64,000 nucleotides of DNA from Fistulifera solaris (taxonomy: Eukaryota). Shown here one piece after another: positions 23,240 to 35,167 of this stretch. The notes beneath the pieces were generated by a model. That model was not told where the DNA came from and did not search any database. It was given only the letters and a program-made list of their open reading frames with translations. Numbering within the stretch: position 1 is the first letter of the stretch; every line of letters begins with the position of its first letter. A program made the position numbers and the translations under genes. The stretch spans positions 434,001 to 498,000 of the forward strand of contig AP026129.1 in NCBI GenBank assembly GCA_030295235.1, written 5' to 3'.

Positions 23240-25359
23240 ATGTCGTCGATGTCCTTGCGGAAGCGTCGCGACGCTTCTTCCGAAATTACCAGTGAAGATT
23301 CTCGAGAGGATGACGATGCATTTGACGACGCAGTTGAGAATGACGACAAGAAATCATCGTTCTATTTTTCATCTGCTGTACGCCACATGGCATGGTGGAG
23401 AATCGCGTTTTTTCTTATCATGTGGATGGAATGGAATTCCGATAGTGTCTTGACACCGTTCGGGTCTCTCGATATCACAACAGATGTCAAAATGCAAAAA
23501 TCAGGACATGATGCCTGGTTTCGATACGAGCACTTGACTTGGGTGCAGACTCTTCATAAACTCTTATCAACAACTTCAATCGGTCCCTATCTGAAGCCAA
23601 CAGGGCACGTGTGCTGCTTCATTGCAGCATTCGGCAAAGACTTGCCGCTCCTTTCGAACACGATATGGAAAGTTGCAACGTTGTCGTTTGTGATTCTGTA
23701 TAGCATTCGGTTCTGGGCAAAGGCCACAAATTTTACCAATCACAACTATTTATTCCCTTTGCTCATGTTCTGGACGCTCCTATCCGGAGGAGGAAACTTA
23801 TCCGGGCAGGTATTATATCAGGGCAAGACCAGCACGCTTCGAGATGATGGTGCATGTCAAATTGCCATCATTGCCCTCCGCTTCCAATTTGCCATTTTGT
23901 ACGGATACGCGAGTTTATGGAAAATAGTACACGAAGATTGGTGGGCGGGACGAATTGTAGAAGGTATCTTTGTGTCATTCGAAGAGAATGGCAGTTCGCG
24001 GGGTATTCCTTGGAAGCGTTTGTCGCATGAGTATCCCCATCTCTTCGTCATGGTTGCGTTCTCTGGCCTATTGCTGGATTTCAGCATGTTCATTGTGTTG
24101 GCCTTTACAAAACCGAGTCGCGCTACGCGAAACTGGTTCTTGGCCTTTACCTTGGCATTCCATCTCTTCACTACTGTTGCCATGTCGAATGTCATCGGAT
24201 ACTCTTTTCCATCGACTTGCATAGCGGGATTGATTCTATTCTTGCCTCTCACTCAGGCGAAAGAAGGCCCTGACTCTTTGGGACATGCCGACGCTGCGTT
24301 GGGGCGATGGTTGATGTTTTATGCTCAAGAGATATTGAGTAAATCGAGCCGTGATCGGTCACGTTCATTGTTGATCTTTTTTCTTTCTGTTTTGCGCCTG
24401 GCAATTCTTCATGCCTTTGCGCATGCTAGTCGTATCGCAAGGGAATTATCCTTACAATCGTTTGGGGTACCGCTACAGTTGGACCATGATGTTGCACAGT
24501 CTAGAGTACGGAATCGTACGGCACGAATTTGGTCAACCATCGACCCTGCTTTTGTTGAGCTATTTTGTACCCACGTGTTTTACACCGAATCGCAGCGACA
24601 TATTTATGCCACGGAGTCTATACTTTGGTCCTGGCTCAGAGCATCCTATGCAGGATTCTCGCAGCGTGCCAATGTATCAAATTCTGAGTAAGCGAGAGTC
24701 GGCAATGCTTGATGTTTTTCCATCACATCTTATCGCTCCAGTTGGAGCTGGTGTTGCTAGAGTTATCGATCAATCCGTCGGTCCGAATGCGTGTGCGGCA
24801 AGTCTTGCAAGTTATAATTTGCCTGCATCACAACTTCGGCTGGGAATGCACGGCACTTTTTCGGAAGACTGAATCAGAATGGCCCATACTGCCGTCTGGT
24901 AGATCCAACAGTGGACCTCGTCTCGGTCATGGAACAGCAAGCGAAATTGTCATACTTTGAAGTCTTGTGGAATGCAGTTTGGGACCGGCGTCCGACAGAA
25001 TACATGCTGGAAGGTATTGGTAGTATGAGAGAAAGGTCATTCTATCATCAAAATAAACTAGAAGAAGATGGCTGGAAGAATGTGCGCATCTTGGCTGATC
25101 GGGCTGCCTGCCTCTCCGCACGACCCATATGGTTTCGACCCATGAAAGAGACTACACGATCAAAGTGCTTGAACTGCCTCAGAATACCGTAGTCGGGTTA
25201 CTCGTCGAAAGGTCCATGAACATTTTGTTAAAGTATGGTGATTCACAACAAATCCGAGATGTGATGGAGTTCGAAATTTTAATGCCAGTGAAAGATCAAG
25301 AACCAGCTTGCTCGCAATCTGTTGCTGAAGATACGCTGATTGCCATAATGTGGAAATAA
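23240..25359 (+). CDS. Vitamin K-dependent gamma-glutamyl carboxylase-like (HTTM + VKG_Carbox) membrane protein
   Basis: NHNYL, YGYASLWK..EDWWAG, FHL, GYRYSWTMMLHS and RLVDPTVDL resemble GGCX motifs. Four ORFs join by homopolymer indels at ~24380, ~24858 and ~25145. Confidence 0.75.
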
Positions 25360-25456
25360 AAGGTAGTTGACGACTTTCGTTATCTATGACCGAGTACGAG
25401 ATTGTAGACTGTGCCAATTTAGACCGATTAATTACCAGGTCAGGAATCTATACGTA

Positions 25457-25716
25457 AAAGATAGTCCTCTCTGATTATCGCAAGCTGTTGCTCTTGGAAA
25501 ATTTGCTGACTTAATCGAATTCGGATCTCGACGTGTCTCTGATTATCGCAAGCTGGTGCCCTTAGAAAATTTTGCTGACTTCACCATATTCGGATCTCGC
25601 TGTGTCGAAAAAATATGTGTATGTGAAAGATAGTCCTCTCTGATTATCGCAAACTGGTGCTCTTGGAAAATTTTGTTGATTTCACCATATTCGGATCTCG
25701 CCGTGTCGAAAAAGTA
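25457..25716. repeat. Three diverged tandem copies (~70-90 bp) of the 5-phosphatase C-terminal coding end and stop
   Basis: Unit CTCTGATTATCGCAA.CTG.TGC.CTT.GAAAATTT.G.TGA.TT.A.C.ATTCGGATCTCG..GTGTC starts at ~25469, ~25537 and ~25638. Confidence 0.9.
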
Positions 25717-27972
25717 TGAGATGCGCCAAGATTGGAGTCCCCTCCCATTCGTCTCTTAGTTTGGGGTGCATCCATTCTTCCCGACATCCGTGCTGATTCT
25801 GCAGGGCTCGAATTTGACGGACGCTGAATGGTCGAAGCAGAACCCGATGTACCAAGTATAGCTTTAGCTGTGCTTTCTGTCAACCACCATGCATCTAAGG
25901 TAAGCCGGATTCGCCCATTCTCCAAACCGTTCTTGAAGATTGGAGCGTCTACGGTGATTGTCTTGACTGGGTCTTGTTCGTGTAAAGGCTGATTATCTGT
26001 TTTGCGTGAATCTGCTGTGAACTGTTGACTTGACTCGTCGCGACGAAACAGATTCATAATGCTTCCCCGGCGTGATGTTCTTCTCTCAGATGCGTTTGCT
26101 TGATTTTGTCGCAACTCACCAGGTGGTCGGAAATCTTTCAAAAGTACGCCCAGATTGTAAGAAAACGACCCCAACACATTATCAGAAGCACTAGGAACAA
26201 GTTTTGAATTTTTGCAGTCCATGACGGTGAAAAGACCAAAGCTCCGGTCATATCAAGCGGGCGCCCATCATTGTAAAATGTTTTGACTTCGGTATGAAAT
26301 ACTTCTCCTTCCCACAAAGGCTGAGCGGTCTGTTTCTGGACTGGCGAATGGGGCCAACCCTGGGGCGTTCTCTCCACAGGGCCTCCCCACTCGTCACTCA
26401 TGATGGAACTGTAATTGGAGAAGCAAGGAAAAATTTTCCTTTTGAGACGTTCCAGTCGACTCGTCGACGATTTGATAGCTTCTTCTGGTATGGAAACCAT
26501 AGAAATGTAGGGATTCGGTAATGAATTCCCCACTGCACCCATATTCACTGTCACATCCGACACAAATAAATATAGACGCTCCCTATGAATAGAAGAGTGA
26601 GCCAGCGGATTGTGATTCATGTGAAGGAAATCACCGGCCATTTGCATCGCAGATCGACGCCTCGCCATTTTCGGCCGCGCGGTCGCTGCCGCCTCATTCA
26701 GTTTTATAGCGAACGCAGCTCGTATAGGTTTGTGGTCGGAAGACTTGAAATCATCTACCGGCTCATACAATAAAGGTCGGACACTATTTTCCAAAAGGTG
26801 ATTCGATTTCCACAGAATTCGGTCTGTGTATGACGGTCGTCGCTTTTCGATGTAGCTGTATCCCGGTGACCGTTCGACTTTAAAAGTTGGCGGGAAGTTG
26901 CAGAATAGAGTTTTGAATCCAACCAAACAGTCTTTGACCCGCAAAGCTTTTTGCAGCTCATCCGCTTGGTTGAGCGTATTCCAGTCTCTTTCTTCTACTA
27001 AAGCTCGGAGCTTCTGTCGATGCTCGGCTTCATGGTGACCGTGGGCGTAGGCAGGTAGCTCGGTTCGGAAATTCAAGTCGCCCATGACGAAGCAATGGTG
27101 AGAGGTTAAGCTTGCATCGTGAAGCGTAGAACTCGGTTTCGCACCGCCCAATATATCACTGAGGGACGAACATCGCATCTGGTATTTGGCAGCCCCTTCA
27201 TGAGCTTCCAGATGTGCTGTTAGGAAACTGAGACGCGTTCTTTTATTAACGATCAATTCAGCAATGATCCCTCCCTTGTTGGCCAAGCCGGCTCTTCCCG
27301 TGTTTTGCGCTTTTGTGTACATAACGTCCACCTCAATGTCACGCTTCTGATGGTAAACAAAAATCTCCAATCGCATTTGTCCCCGTTGATAGGAAACAAT
27401 CCGTTCATAGGAAGGCAGTCGTTTCGTCATCATTTCATGCAATACGAATGTCCCTAGATCCCAGTTCGAGTCTACTACCGCAGCAATCATGGCGGATTCG
27501 CCCGTTTGTCCCGATTCCTTTCCCTGCACGTCTGCCAGATTCGGTCGGCCTGTTTCTCCCATTCGGTCAACGACACTTCTTCGGACCATGGATGATTTGA
27601 TGTGATCTCGACTTGCCGTGTAGGAAGATAAGTCATTCACTGCTTTCGCGATTCCCTTTTACCTTTGCGGGGTTTTCGTTTGGATTGCGTTCCGCTTTCC
27701 GTCGAAGCAGCGTCTTTGTCGTTGAGATCTTCTTCCGTCGGCGGATCGAATGTTGCTTCTTGCATACCAACGACAATGAGATCGAACTTGTCCTCATCTA
27801 CAAAATCTTCAAACGTGCTGAATTGATCTCGCACGGGATACTTTGCTGGATACTGCAACACTTGGTTGCACTGACCGTCCTCAGGCAACCAGAGAGCCAT
27901 GCTTTCTTCGTCGGGCTGGGCATTTCCGAGGTTCGCTGAGCAGACTAAGATTTGCAATTGCCCGTTCTTCAT
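25644..27972 (-). CDS. Inositol polyphosphate 5-phosphatase
   Basis: SANLGN, VGMQE, NKGG, AHLEAH, MGDLNFR, FPPTFK, PSYTDRILW, SDHKPI. Indels at ~27658 and ~26233. Confidence 0.92.
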
Positions 27973-28296
27973 CGCTCCGGATGGTTCGCCGATACTTATA
28001 GCTAACGAACGACTATGAACCGGATTTAATTGGCGCTCTTTAGATGTATGATGGGTAAGACAATTGCCAGCTGCCTCGAAAGCAAAATAATGATGATGAG
28101 ACACGACGCTCTGCGTGCCTTTTTCGTCCTCCCTTCAGCGTCCGCGCCTCGGCGGTCCGCGGCGTTGGCATTTTGCTTTGCCGTGACTTGGACGTGGGGC
28201 ATTGTCTGACGTCACCGCTACACTTAACGGAACACAAGTCGTTGCGGGGTCATTTGTGGTCATCAAATGACCAGGAACGTGTCCCCCTCCGAACCA

Positions 28297-28376
28297 GGGA
28301 ACGGCGTTAAAATTCTGCCTCGTCGTAGACGATACGTAGAATCTTTTACTGGGAGGCAGAATTTTAACGTCCCTCC
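28297..28376 (+). repeat. ~80-bp palindromic dispersed element, copy 2
   Basis: GGGAACGGCGTTAAAATTCTGCCTC-31 nt-GAGGCAGAATTTTAACGTCCCTCC, with a perfect 17-bp inverted repeat. Confidence 0.95.
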
Positions 28377-28640
28377 AAATCATCATTACTGGTATTATTT
28401 GTGTAGGCTTGAGAAGAGCAGGCTGTCGCAACGTGTACTACACACTCGCGGTTTTCGGAGTAGGGGGTAGACCACAATGACGGCAGATGAGGGATGAGGA
28501 TAAAGCATATGGGTATACTACGGATCAGCTTTTCAAGTGATCATCATTATTTGCTGCAAACGACGCGATGCGCGTTAGCGCGTTTTACTTTTCTTCATTT
28601 TCGAATAGGTTGCAACCTTGAAAGCTTTTGCCTTTTAAAG

Positions 28641-30110
28641 ATGATGATGTTTCATTTAAATAAAAGAATATTGCTATTGCTGCTGTACCAAGTGGTCTAT
28701 TCCCATGCCGGTTTTCGGTGGGGGTGGCTCAGGTTTAAACGACAGACTCATTCCGAACCCACACGACCAACGAATCGTGACAGTTCCCCGAATGATGCTT
28801 TGTTTCTTCACCAGCAATCATGTCCTTCTCTACTGGAAGATCCATCACACAATTCAGTAGGACGAAGCTCCTATGATGCGACGGCCGTAGCAAAGACTGC
28901 GGTGCAATGGAGTTTGATTATCTTTTTGGCCCGATCGATCTGGCAAGCTTTCAAAGATGTCGCGGAAGAAATTGCATCCATGGATAATTCCGAAGAAGAT
29001 TCAAAGCTACTAAATTTCCCCCTTAACAGAGTTGCTGGAAGCAAGGAAACATCATTGATTCATCGAATCGCATGGAAGTTGAGCCAATGTGGTATTCCTC
29101 TTCAATCTTCAACCGAACGTTCGGTAGAGTCGATTTTGCAAAAACTGACCAAGAATGAAGCGGCATTGCTAGACCAGTGCTTGTATATCCCATCAGCGCA
29201 CCCCAAAATAGCTGGCTTCAACGAAATACAAGAAGAACTTCAATCCATTCTGAATCAGTATCTTCATCAAGGTAATTCAAACCAGCATCCCTACTCGAGA
29301 CTATTTGAAGATGACAAGAGTCATCACGTCTTATTATACGGCCCGCCAGGCATGGGAAAGTCGCTTCTCATTAAAAGATTGACCACTCAAATACCAACGG
29401 TTTTGCTGACACCCAGTGTCTTGCTACGAAAGTGGGTCGGTGAAACGAATATGCGAGTTCGAACGCTCTTCACAGCATTGCAAAAACTAGCCCCCGTCAT
29501 GCTGTGTCTAGACGAAGTGGACGGCTTGTTCCGGGAACGCCAGATTCAAGAGCACGAGGTATCGAGGGATTTAAAGACGGAGTTTCTGCAGTGGTGGGAC
29601 GGTTTGTTATCGGGTGAGAAAATATGGATTGTAGCAGCGACGAACCGACCATTTGAAGTAGACTCGGCAGTCTTGCGCCGTTTGCCTCGTCAGTTTTATA
29701 TTGATCAACCAAATCTTGCAGCACGAAAAAAAATGTTACGCAACTTGTTAGAGGGATTGCCGCACGACATTGATGTCGAACACGTCGCCTTTCACACCGA
29801 TGGCTTCTCGGCTAGTGACTTACGGCGGCTTTTACAATTAGCTGCAAAAGGATGCAAAGAACTTGATACCTATGTTGAAATGACGACAGGTCATGTATTG
29901 GGGGCGTTAGACTTCGTGCAACCTACTCCTCAGACTCCAGCGTATCGAGCTGCCTTGAAGAAATATCTTTCTCCACAGGGACAGCAAGCTCGATCACCAT
30001 ACATTGAACACTATCAAATTGAACTTGAACTTGAGTCTGACTCTGACGCTGATAAGAACGGAGCAGATGAGGAGTGTCTCAGTGACGATGACGCAGATGA
30101 TGACCCTTGA
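28641..30110 (+). CDS. AAA+ ATPase, Msp1/ATAD1-spastin-like
   Basis: Walker A GPPGMGKS, pore loop KWVGE, Walker B LDEVD, KTEFLQWWDG, ATNRP, AVLRRLPR; N-terminal hydrophobic segments. Confidence 0.88.
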   Translation: MMMFHLNKRILLLLLYQVVYSHAGFRWGWLRFKRQTHSEPTRPTNRDSSPNDALFLHQQSCPSLLEDPSHNSVGRSSYDATAVAKTAVQWSLIIFLARSIWQAFKDVAEEIASMDNSEEDSKLLNFPLNRVAGSKETSLIHRIAWKLSQCGIPLQSSTERSVESILQKLTKNEAALLDQCLYIPSAHPKIAGFNEIQEELQSILNQYLHQGNSNQHPYSRLFEDDKSHHVLLYGPPGMGKSLLIKRLTTQIPTVLLTPSVLLRKWVGETNMRVRTLFTALQKLAPVMLCLDEVDGLFRERQIQEHEVSRDLKTEFLQWWDGLLSGEKIWIVAATNRPFEVDSAVLRRLPRQFYIDQPNLAARKKMLRNLLEGLPHDIDVEHVAFHTDGFSASDLRRLLQLAAKGCKELDTYVEMTTGHVLGALDFVQPTPQTPAYRAALKKYLSPQGQQARSPYIEHYQIELELESDSDADKNGADEECLSDDDADDDP

Positions 30111-30752
30111 GACATACCTAAACTTAGAAAACGTTTTTGGAGGTATTCTTGATAGTCTCAAGCAACGCATTTGCTTGGCTTGACATTTTGGACCATGGTT
30201 TGAAGTTGTTTCGCCACAAGGTCTCTTCTTTTGTGGGTCTACCAGGTACTCTCTACTCCGTAGCTAATTGCTGTCGATCTCTATCCCTAACACTCGTGAA
30301 TGATGGTTCCAAAGAAACGTTCGCGACGACAAATCACACCTCAAGAAACAGTTTGGGAAGACGAAAAGAACATAGAACATAGCACTATCTTTAGTACTCA
30401 TTTCTATTTCTGTTTTTAACCACGTTCATTAAAGAGCTATACAAAATTCTCTTTTGGCTTCCAAAGAAGTCGCCGTGACCCGTGATCGTGACCCGTGACA
30501 ACATTCATAATTTATAGTAAACGAGGAAGGAAGGAGCACAAAGCACTAAAAAAATCAAACGGGACATTTTGAAATTGCGACCTGTTCTGGCTTCTGACCT
30601 CCAGCAGCAAATTCAGACCGCACCAGCTCCGCAGCAAGAACTTGCACAAGCAACACGCCGTGTTCTCAACTGATTGATGATTTCTCGACTTGTTGTTATT
30701 CGTAAAACGATTTCTCCGTGTTATTATTGTTACAATCAATTAATCATTCACA

Positions 30753-32386
30753 ATGTTTGACAGTCTCGATGACATCAAGCTGATCCTTGAAGAGGACATG
30801 GGCAGTGAAGGAAATCTAAATTTCGACCCCATGGATGATTTGGATTTCCTCAACGATGACTTGTTCACCGACCCTGCACCTAAACTTGCGCCCAGCTCAG
30901 TCTCTACACCCTCTTTTGGGTCTCCGAGTTATACCATGACCAGTAAGAATCCGGAGTCGACGGCGAACGCAACGTTCGATTTCAAATCCACACCTTCAAA
31001 TGCGAATACAACCTTTAGCTTTAATAATGATGCACGATTGCCGAAGAGTGGGCTCGGGGGTTATCTCGACAACGTCAGCTGAACTCGCAATCGTTAGTAC
31101 AGCGGTCGGTGTCTACTTCCTCTATGCGCAATCATCGATCCCTAGCTGGCAATAACTTATCATCATCTTCGAATGCGACGTTTGAAACGAAAAGTAGCAA
31201 CCCGGTTGCGTCGTTTTTGCAGCGGCAGAACCAGCTTAAAGAACAACGGGGGAACGCTTCCATGGCAAAATCCTATTCTATGAATTCTGTACGTAAGAGG
31301 AACTTTGGTACGATTGACGAGCACAAGCCGAATGCCACGTTCGACGACCATGAACCTTTGATGTCGAGAAATTCAATCGCCTCATTTTTGAAGGCTAAGC
31401 AAAGCGCCCCGGCGCTAGGGCGTTCTATTTCTACGTCGCTTATGAAGCCAAATCATCAGGTACTACAGCAATCGGATCATACGTCGCATACTCTCAATGC
31501 AATCCTTTCCACGCATAACTTAAAGAAGGCTAGGATGGGGTCGACGGAAATGAATGGTGGGGGGAACGCTCACTTTGATTTCGACATGGGCTCCCGCTCT
31601 TCGGCAAATCCCTTCATGAAGACCTTAAGTCAAAGCAATAGTCAAGCACTCTCTTCATCAAAGTCAGCTAACCAGTTTATGCAACAGATGGGTCGGCTTC
31701 AGACAAAATCCATGAAAAGCGCTTTCGTTTTCGAGCGCGACAACAAGGAACCTCCGAACCAGAGAGGAGAAGAAATAGAAGGACCCATGGATGAAGCTTT
31801 GCTACACAGTTCGTGTAAACTGTATCATGACAATCTAGCTGTTGTCGAAAGCGCCTTGGGACTGGATCCATCTGCGGTGAGACGCTCAATCCCTACACTT
31901 TGCAGCCGTCAGTCCAATTCACTATGGAAGCGATCAGGAAAGGAAGGTAAATATTGCTATCCTCTTAATATTGCTTTATACTTTCAAGCGCCTCTCGATA
32001 TTATTCGATTGCTGGCTAACGCTGGATCAGATGTGTTGGGATTCAACGACGGTCCTGATGGTGCTGGAAGTTTAGGCATTGCTATATCTTGTCACAATGC
32101 CTCCTGGCCCGTTGTTCAATTACTGTTGAGCGTGAACCCCACGACCGCATCAATTGTTGATAGACTGGGAAATTTCCCTCTGCATCGTATCTTACAATCA
32201 ATGCCAACCGAGCAGACAGTTACTGCGATCTACGAGGCATACCCGGAGGCTTTGACAAAGCGGAACTTCCACGGGAAGACGCCTTTGGATTTAGCTGTCC
32301 ACAACGTTACTTGCCCAGAAGCTGTTGTCAACGCTCTTCAAAGAAGGTCCTATTCGCGGATGGAACGCAATGCTCAACATATGTGA
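30753..32386 (+). CDS. Protein with C-terminal ankyrin-like repeats
   Basis: GNFPLH, GKTPLDLA and YPLNIAL motifs; the two ORFs join via a G-run indel at ~31057. Confidence 0.65.
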
Positions 32387-33284
32387 AAAATTTATGCGAC
32401 GTCAAGGGATTGAATTCAAGAAAGTATTTTTGTCTAAAAATTGGGCTGTATCTGTTCGGGTTTAAAAACACCATTTTGTCAGCGGAATAATGGCATGAGC
32501 TCAAGTGGTAGCTCATGTTCATGGTAGGCTGCTGCGAGATCTTGGAGTGTCGTGCTGGTGGTCGCTGGCCTATCAATCGGTTCATAACTAGGCGATAGCC
32601 TTCTCGTACTCTCGAGCCTGCCTTTACTGAGACGATTCATGCGTAGCCAAGGATCGCATAAGCCGGTAAAATGAGTTGATAAGCTATGAAGTGTTTCCTA
32701 TCTACATGTTCGCTTAGTTCAAGATAGCAGTCCTCTAACAATGCATTTAGTTGGCGGTGAAAACTAGACTAGAGCTAATAGATAACAATTTCACATCTAA
32801 TAACTATGCGTAATGTTTGACTATTAGCCATGGATAATGGATAAATGTCTCAAGACAATACGATTTTGGTCAATTTATGTATTGGCGTTGACAAAACGTA
32901 TGTTCTTATCCCAAGTCCTTTAAGTCATGTTGGTGATGAGAGAGTGGAGCAACTACTGCTGCCAGGTACTGGCCGCGTTTGCCCTGGGTCATGTTGATCG
33001 TCTGTTCCCAAAGTTCCTAATAGCAATACCTCCACCCTCCACATCGAAAGTTCTTCATTGAAAATGGAGCCTAGCTGGGCGCAGTTTTTCATTGACAAGA
33101 ATAGCTAAGAAATGACACGGCTACATAATTCTAGAGAGAATGCGTTGGACGGTTTCCGGGACTGGATATTGATTGAGTCGTGAGTGGTTTGCATACGAAC
33201 TACGGTGGTAGTAATCTCATTGAGTCGCATCGAGTCTCTCAGGTCACAGGCCTGAAAAATCATGGGCCACCTACCAGAGCCTTT

Positions 33285-33365
33285 GGGAACGGCGTTAAAA
33301 TTCTGCCTCGTCGTAGACGCTACGTAAAATCCTGTACTGGGAGGCAGAATTTTAACGTCCTTCCC
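33285..33365 (+). repeat. ~80-bp palindromic dispersed element, copy 3
   Basis: GGGAACGGCGTTAAAATTCTGCCTC-31 nt-GAGGCAGAATTTTAACGTCCTTCCC. Confidence 0.95.
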
Positions 33366-33781
33366 GTACCAGTACTTGTGCCGTAGTTTTCTACGGCAAC
33401 AAAATGCAAGGCCATGCACTAAAGGGCCATTTCGACCACGAAGAGGCCGCGAAAGATCTCTTTCAAGGCTATTTTGATGTCTGGTGTTATTTGTTGTGAC
33501 TGTGAGGCAACGAAACGTGCAAAGCCTCTTCTTGGAGCGACGAACAAGAACTCCCTTTACTTGTAGGAAGCCAATCAGCCCTCTTCTGAGGTGAGTTGAC
33601 GAAGCGGAATGAAACCATGTTGCTACGTTTTCGTGAGACTCTTTGCGGTGCGAGCAACTTCATAGACATAACGGATTGGCGACATATTTGGTGTATGAAG
33701 TTATAATGCTCTTCATCAGTGCAGCTAACTCACTTTTTCCACATTTATTCTGCAACAGCAGACAAGAACGTAAGATCAAAG

Positions 33782-35127
33782 ATGTCCGAAACCCCTATTG
33801 CAAAAACTGGTCGTAAAGGCGACCCGAGGATGCATCGTGCGGTTGCGGCGCGCCTTGCCAACCCGAATTTGAGCTTATTCCAAGCTCTGAAAGAAGGAGG
33901 TTTTGATTACGCAGATGACGAAGACGGCTCGTGTCTTGACGGTGATAATGTCAAACTCGGTCAGCGAAAAAATCAGCTCAGTCGCCGCGTCAGATTGGCT
34001 CGGAAACATGATCTGGATTCAAGCGGAAACTCTTTGAATAGAAAGAAAGCCAGAAAAGGCGACGTTGATGAATCTGACTATTTGAACCAGCAGGCGCTGC
34101 TTGAAGAGGAGATGAAGAATATGGATGACATGCAAGACTCAAACTCACGGACTATCCGAGCAAAGTTTCATCCAGATTATCATCCGTTAGTCTTACAGCC
34201 TCATCTACGAGCTAGCGCTGCCACAGCCTCTTTCTTCAATGCAACCCCCAATCGACATTCGCTTCGGCTCCGATGTTTTCTTTTGGTGCGGGTGGAGCCG
34301 CAACTGGAGCCTCAGGTGTTGCTGTAGCCTCATTGACAAGAACTGCTTCGAGCATAGGTATGAGCTTGGAACAGCTGGCCTTAGTATTACAGAATCCCCA
34401 AATTTTGGCTCAACTTGTCCAGTCAGCGACGGATGCAACGGCAGCGACATCTATGCCTAATTCTAGTCCAGCACGAGGTTCCTCAGCTACTCCAGCTTGG
34501 CAACTGACTAGCATTAAGGACATAGCCCTTGCTATTTTCCGGAGCAAGTGCCGACCTCTTTACGAGGCAACCATGTTACAAGCAGGTTTCCCCGTTGAGG
34601 ATACGAAAGAACAATCTCGAATTTATCTACAATTCGCCTGGGAAGCTTGGCAAGATGAAGGAAAGCGTTTGCAGCGGATGATTTTTGACGAAACAAATGC
34701 CAAAGTTGAATTCGAAGGCATTCATCAAAAACAGGAATCTGCTGACCGCGACCATCATGAGCATGATCAGGATCACGAAAAGCGGCATATCCACCGGTTG
34801 GAAGGCAAATGCGGGCATCGAGCCATTCTTCATCAGCCTCCCAATGGAATCCCTCACATTGATTTCGTCGTCGGGGATACGGTCGAATGTTATCAAGGCC
34901 ATAAGCCAAGTCTACCTATTTGGCCTTCCAAGTATAGTTGCCAGGATCTAAGCTGCGAGCTCGATGCTTGTAACTCGGAAACGCAGTCACTAATGACGCC
35001 TATGAATATTCCGGATCCGAAAATCTTCAGAATGGATGAAATCAATATTGACGGAAAGGAGTGGGTATCTGACTTCAACAACGATGAAACGATTGTTGGG
35101 CTAATAAAGCTGGGTGATTCCGTCTGA
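33782..35127 (+). CDS. Uncharacterised protein with a basic N-terminal helical domain and a C-terminal His/Cys-rich module
   Basis: ORFs 33719..34327 and 34273..35127 join via an indel near 34230-34250. RKGDPRMHRAVAARL...QRKNQLSRR and HHEHDQDHEKRHIHRLEGKCGH...HIDF. Confidence 0.7.
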
Positions 35128-35167
35128 TTGATGTGTGAGAATTATTCGCGACTGAAAAGAATTTACT

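Noticed and set aside
25457..25716. CRISPR-like array
   Set aside because: Units are diverged copies of the adjacent gene end with no unique equal-length spacers.
28297..28376. 80-bp palindrome as an integron attC site, CRISPR repeat or tRNA
   Set aside because: The GTT.../...AAC arms are in the opposite order to attC, the copies are kilobases apart with no spacer array or cas/integrase genes, no cloverleaf or A/B boxes are evident, and the context is eukaryotic.
28135..28470. Short ORFs sharing peptides such as GNGVKILPRRRRYV (also 15341..15532 and 33105..33419)
   Set aside because: The similarity is only translation through the palindromic repeat; nothing is shared outside it.
32560..33240. 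Possible snRNA/snoRNA in a long intergenic region
   Set aside because: No convincing paired C/D boxes with terminal stem, Sm site or known RNA sequence recognised by eye; an Infernal/Rfam scan would be needed.
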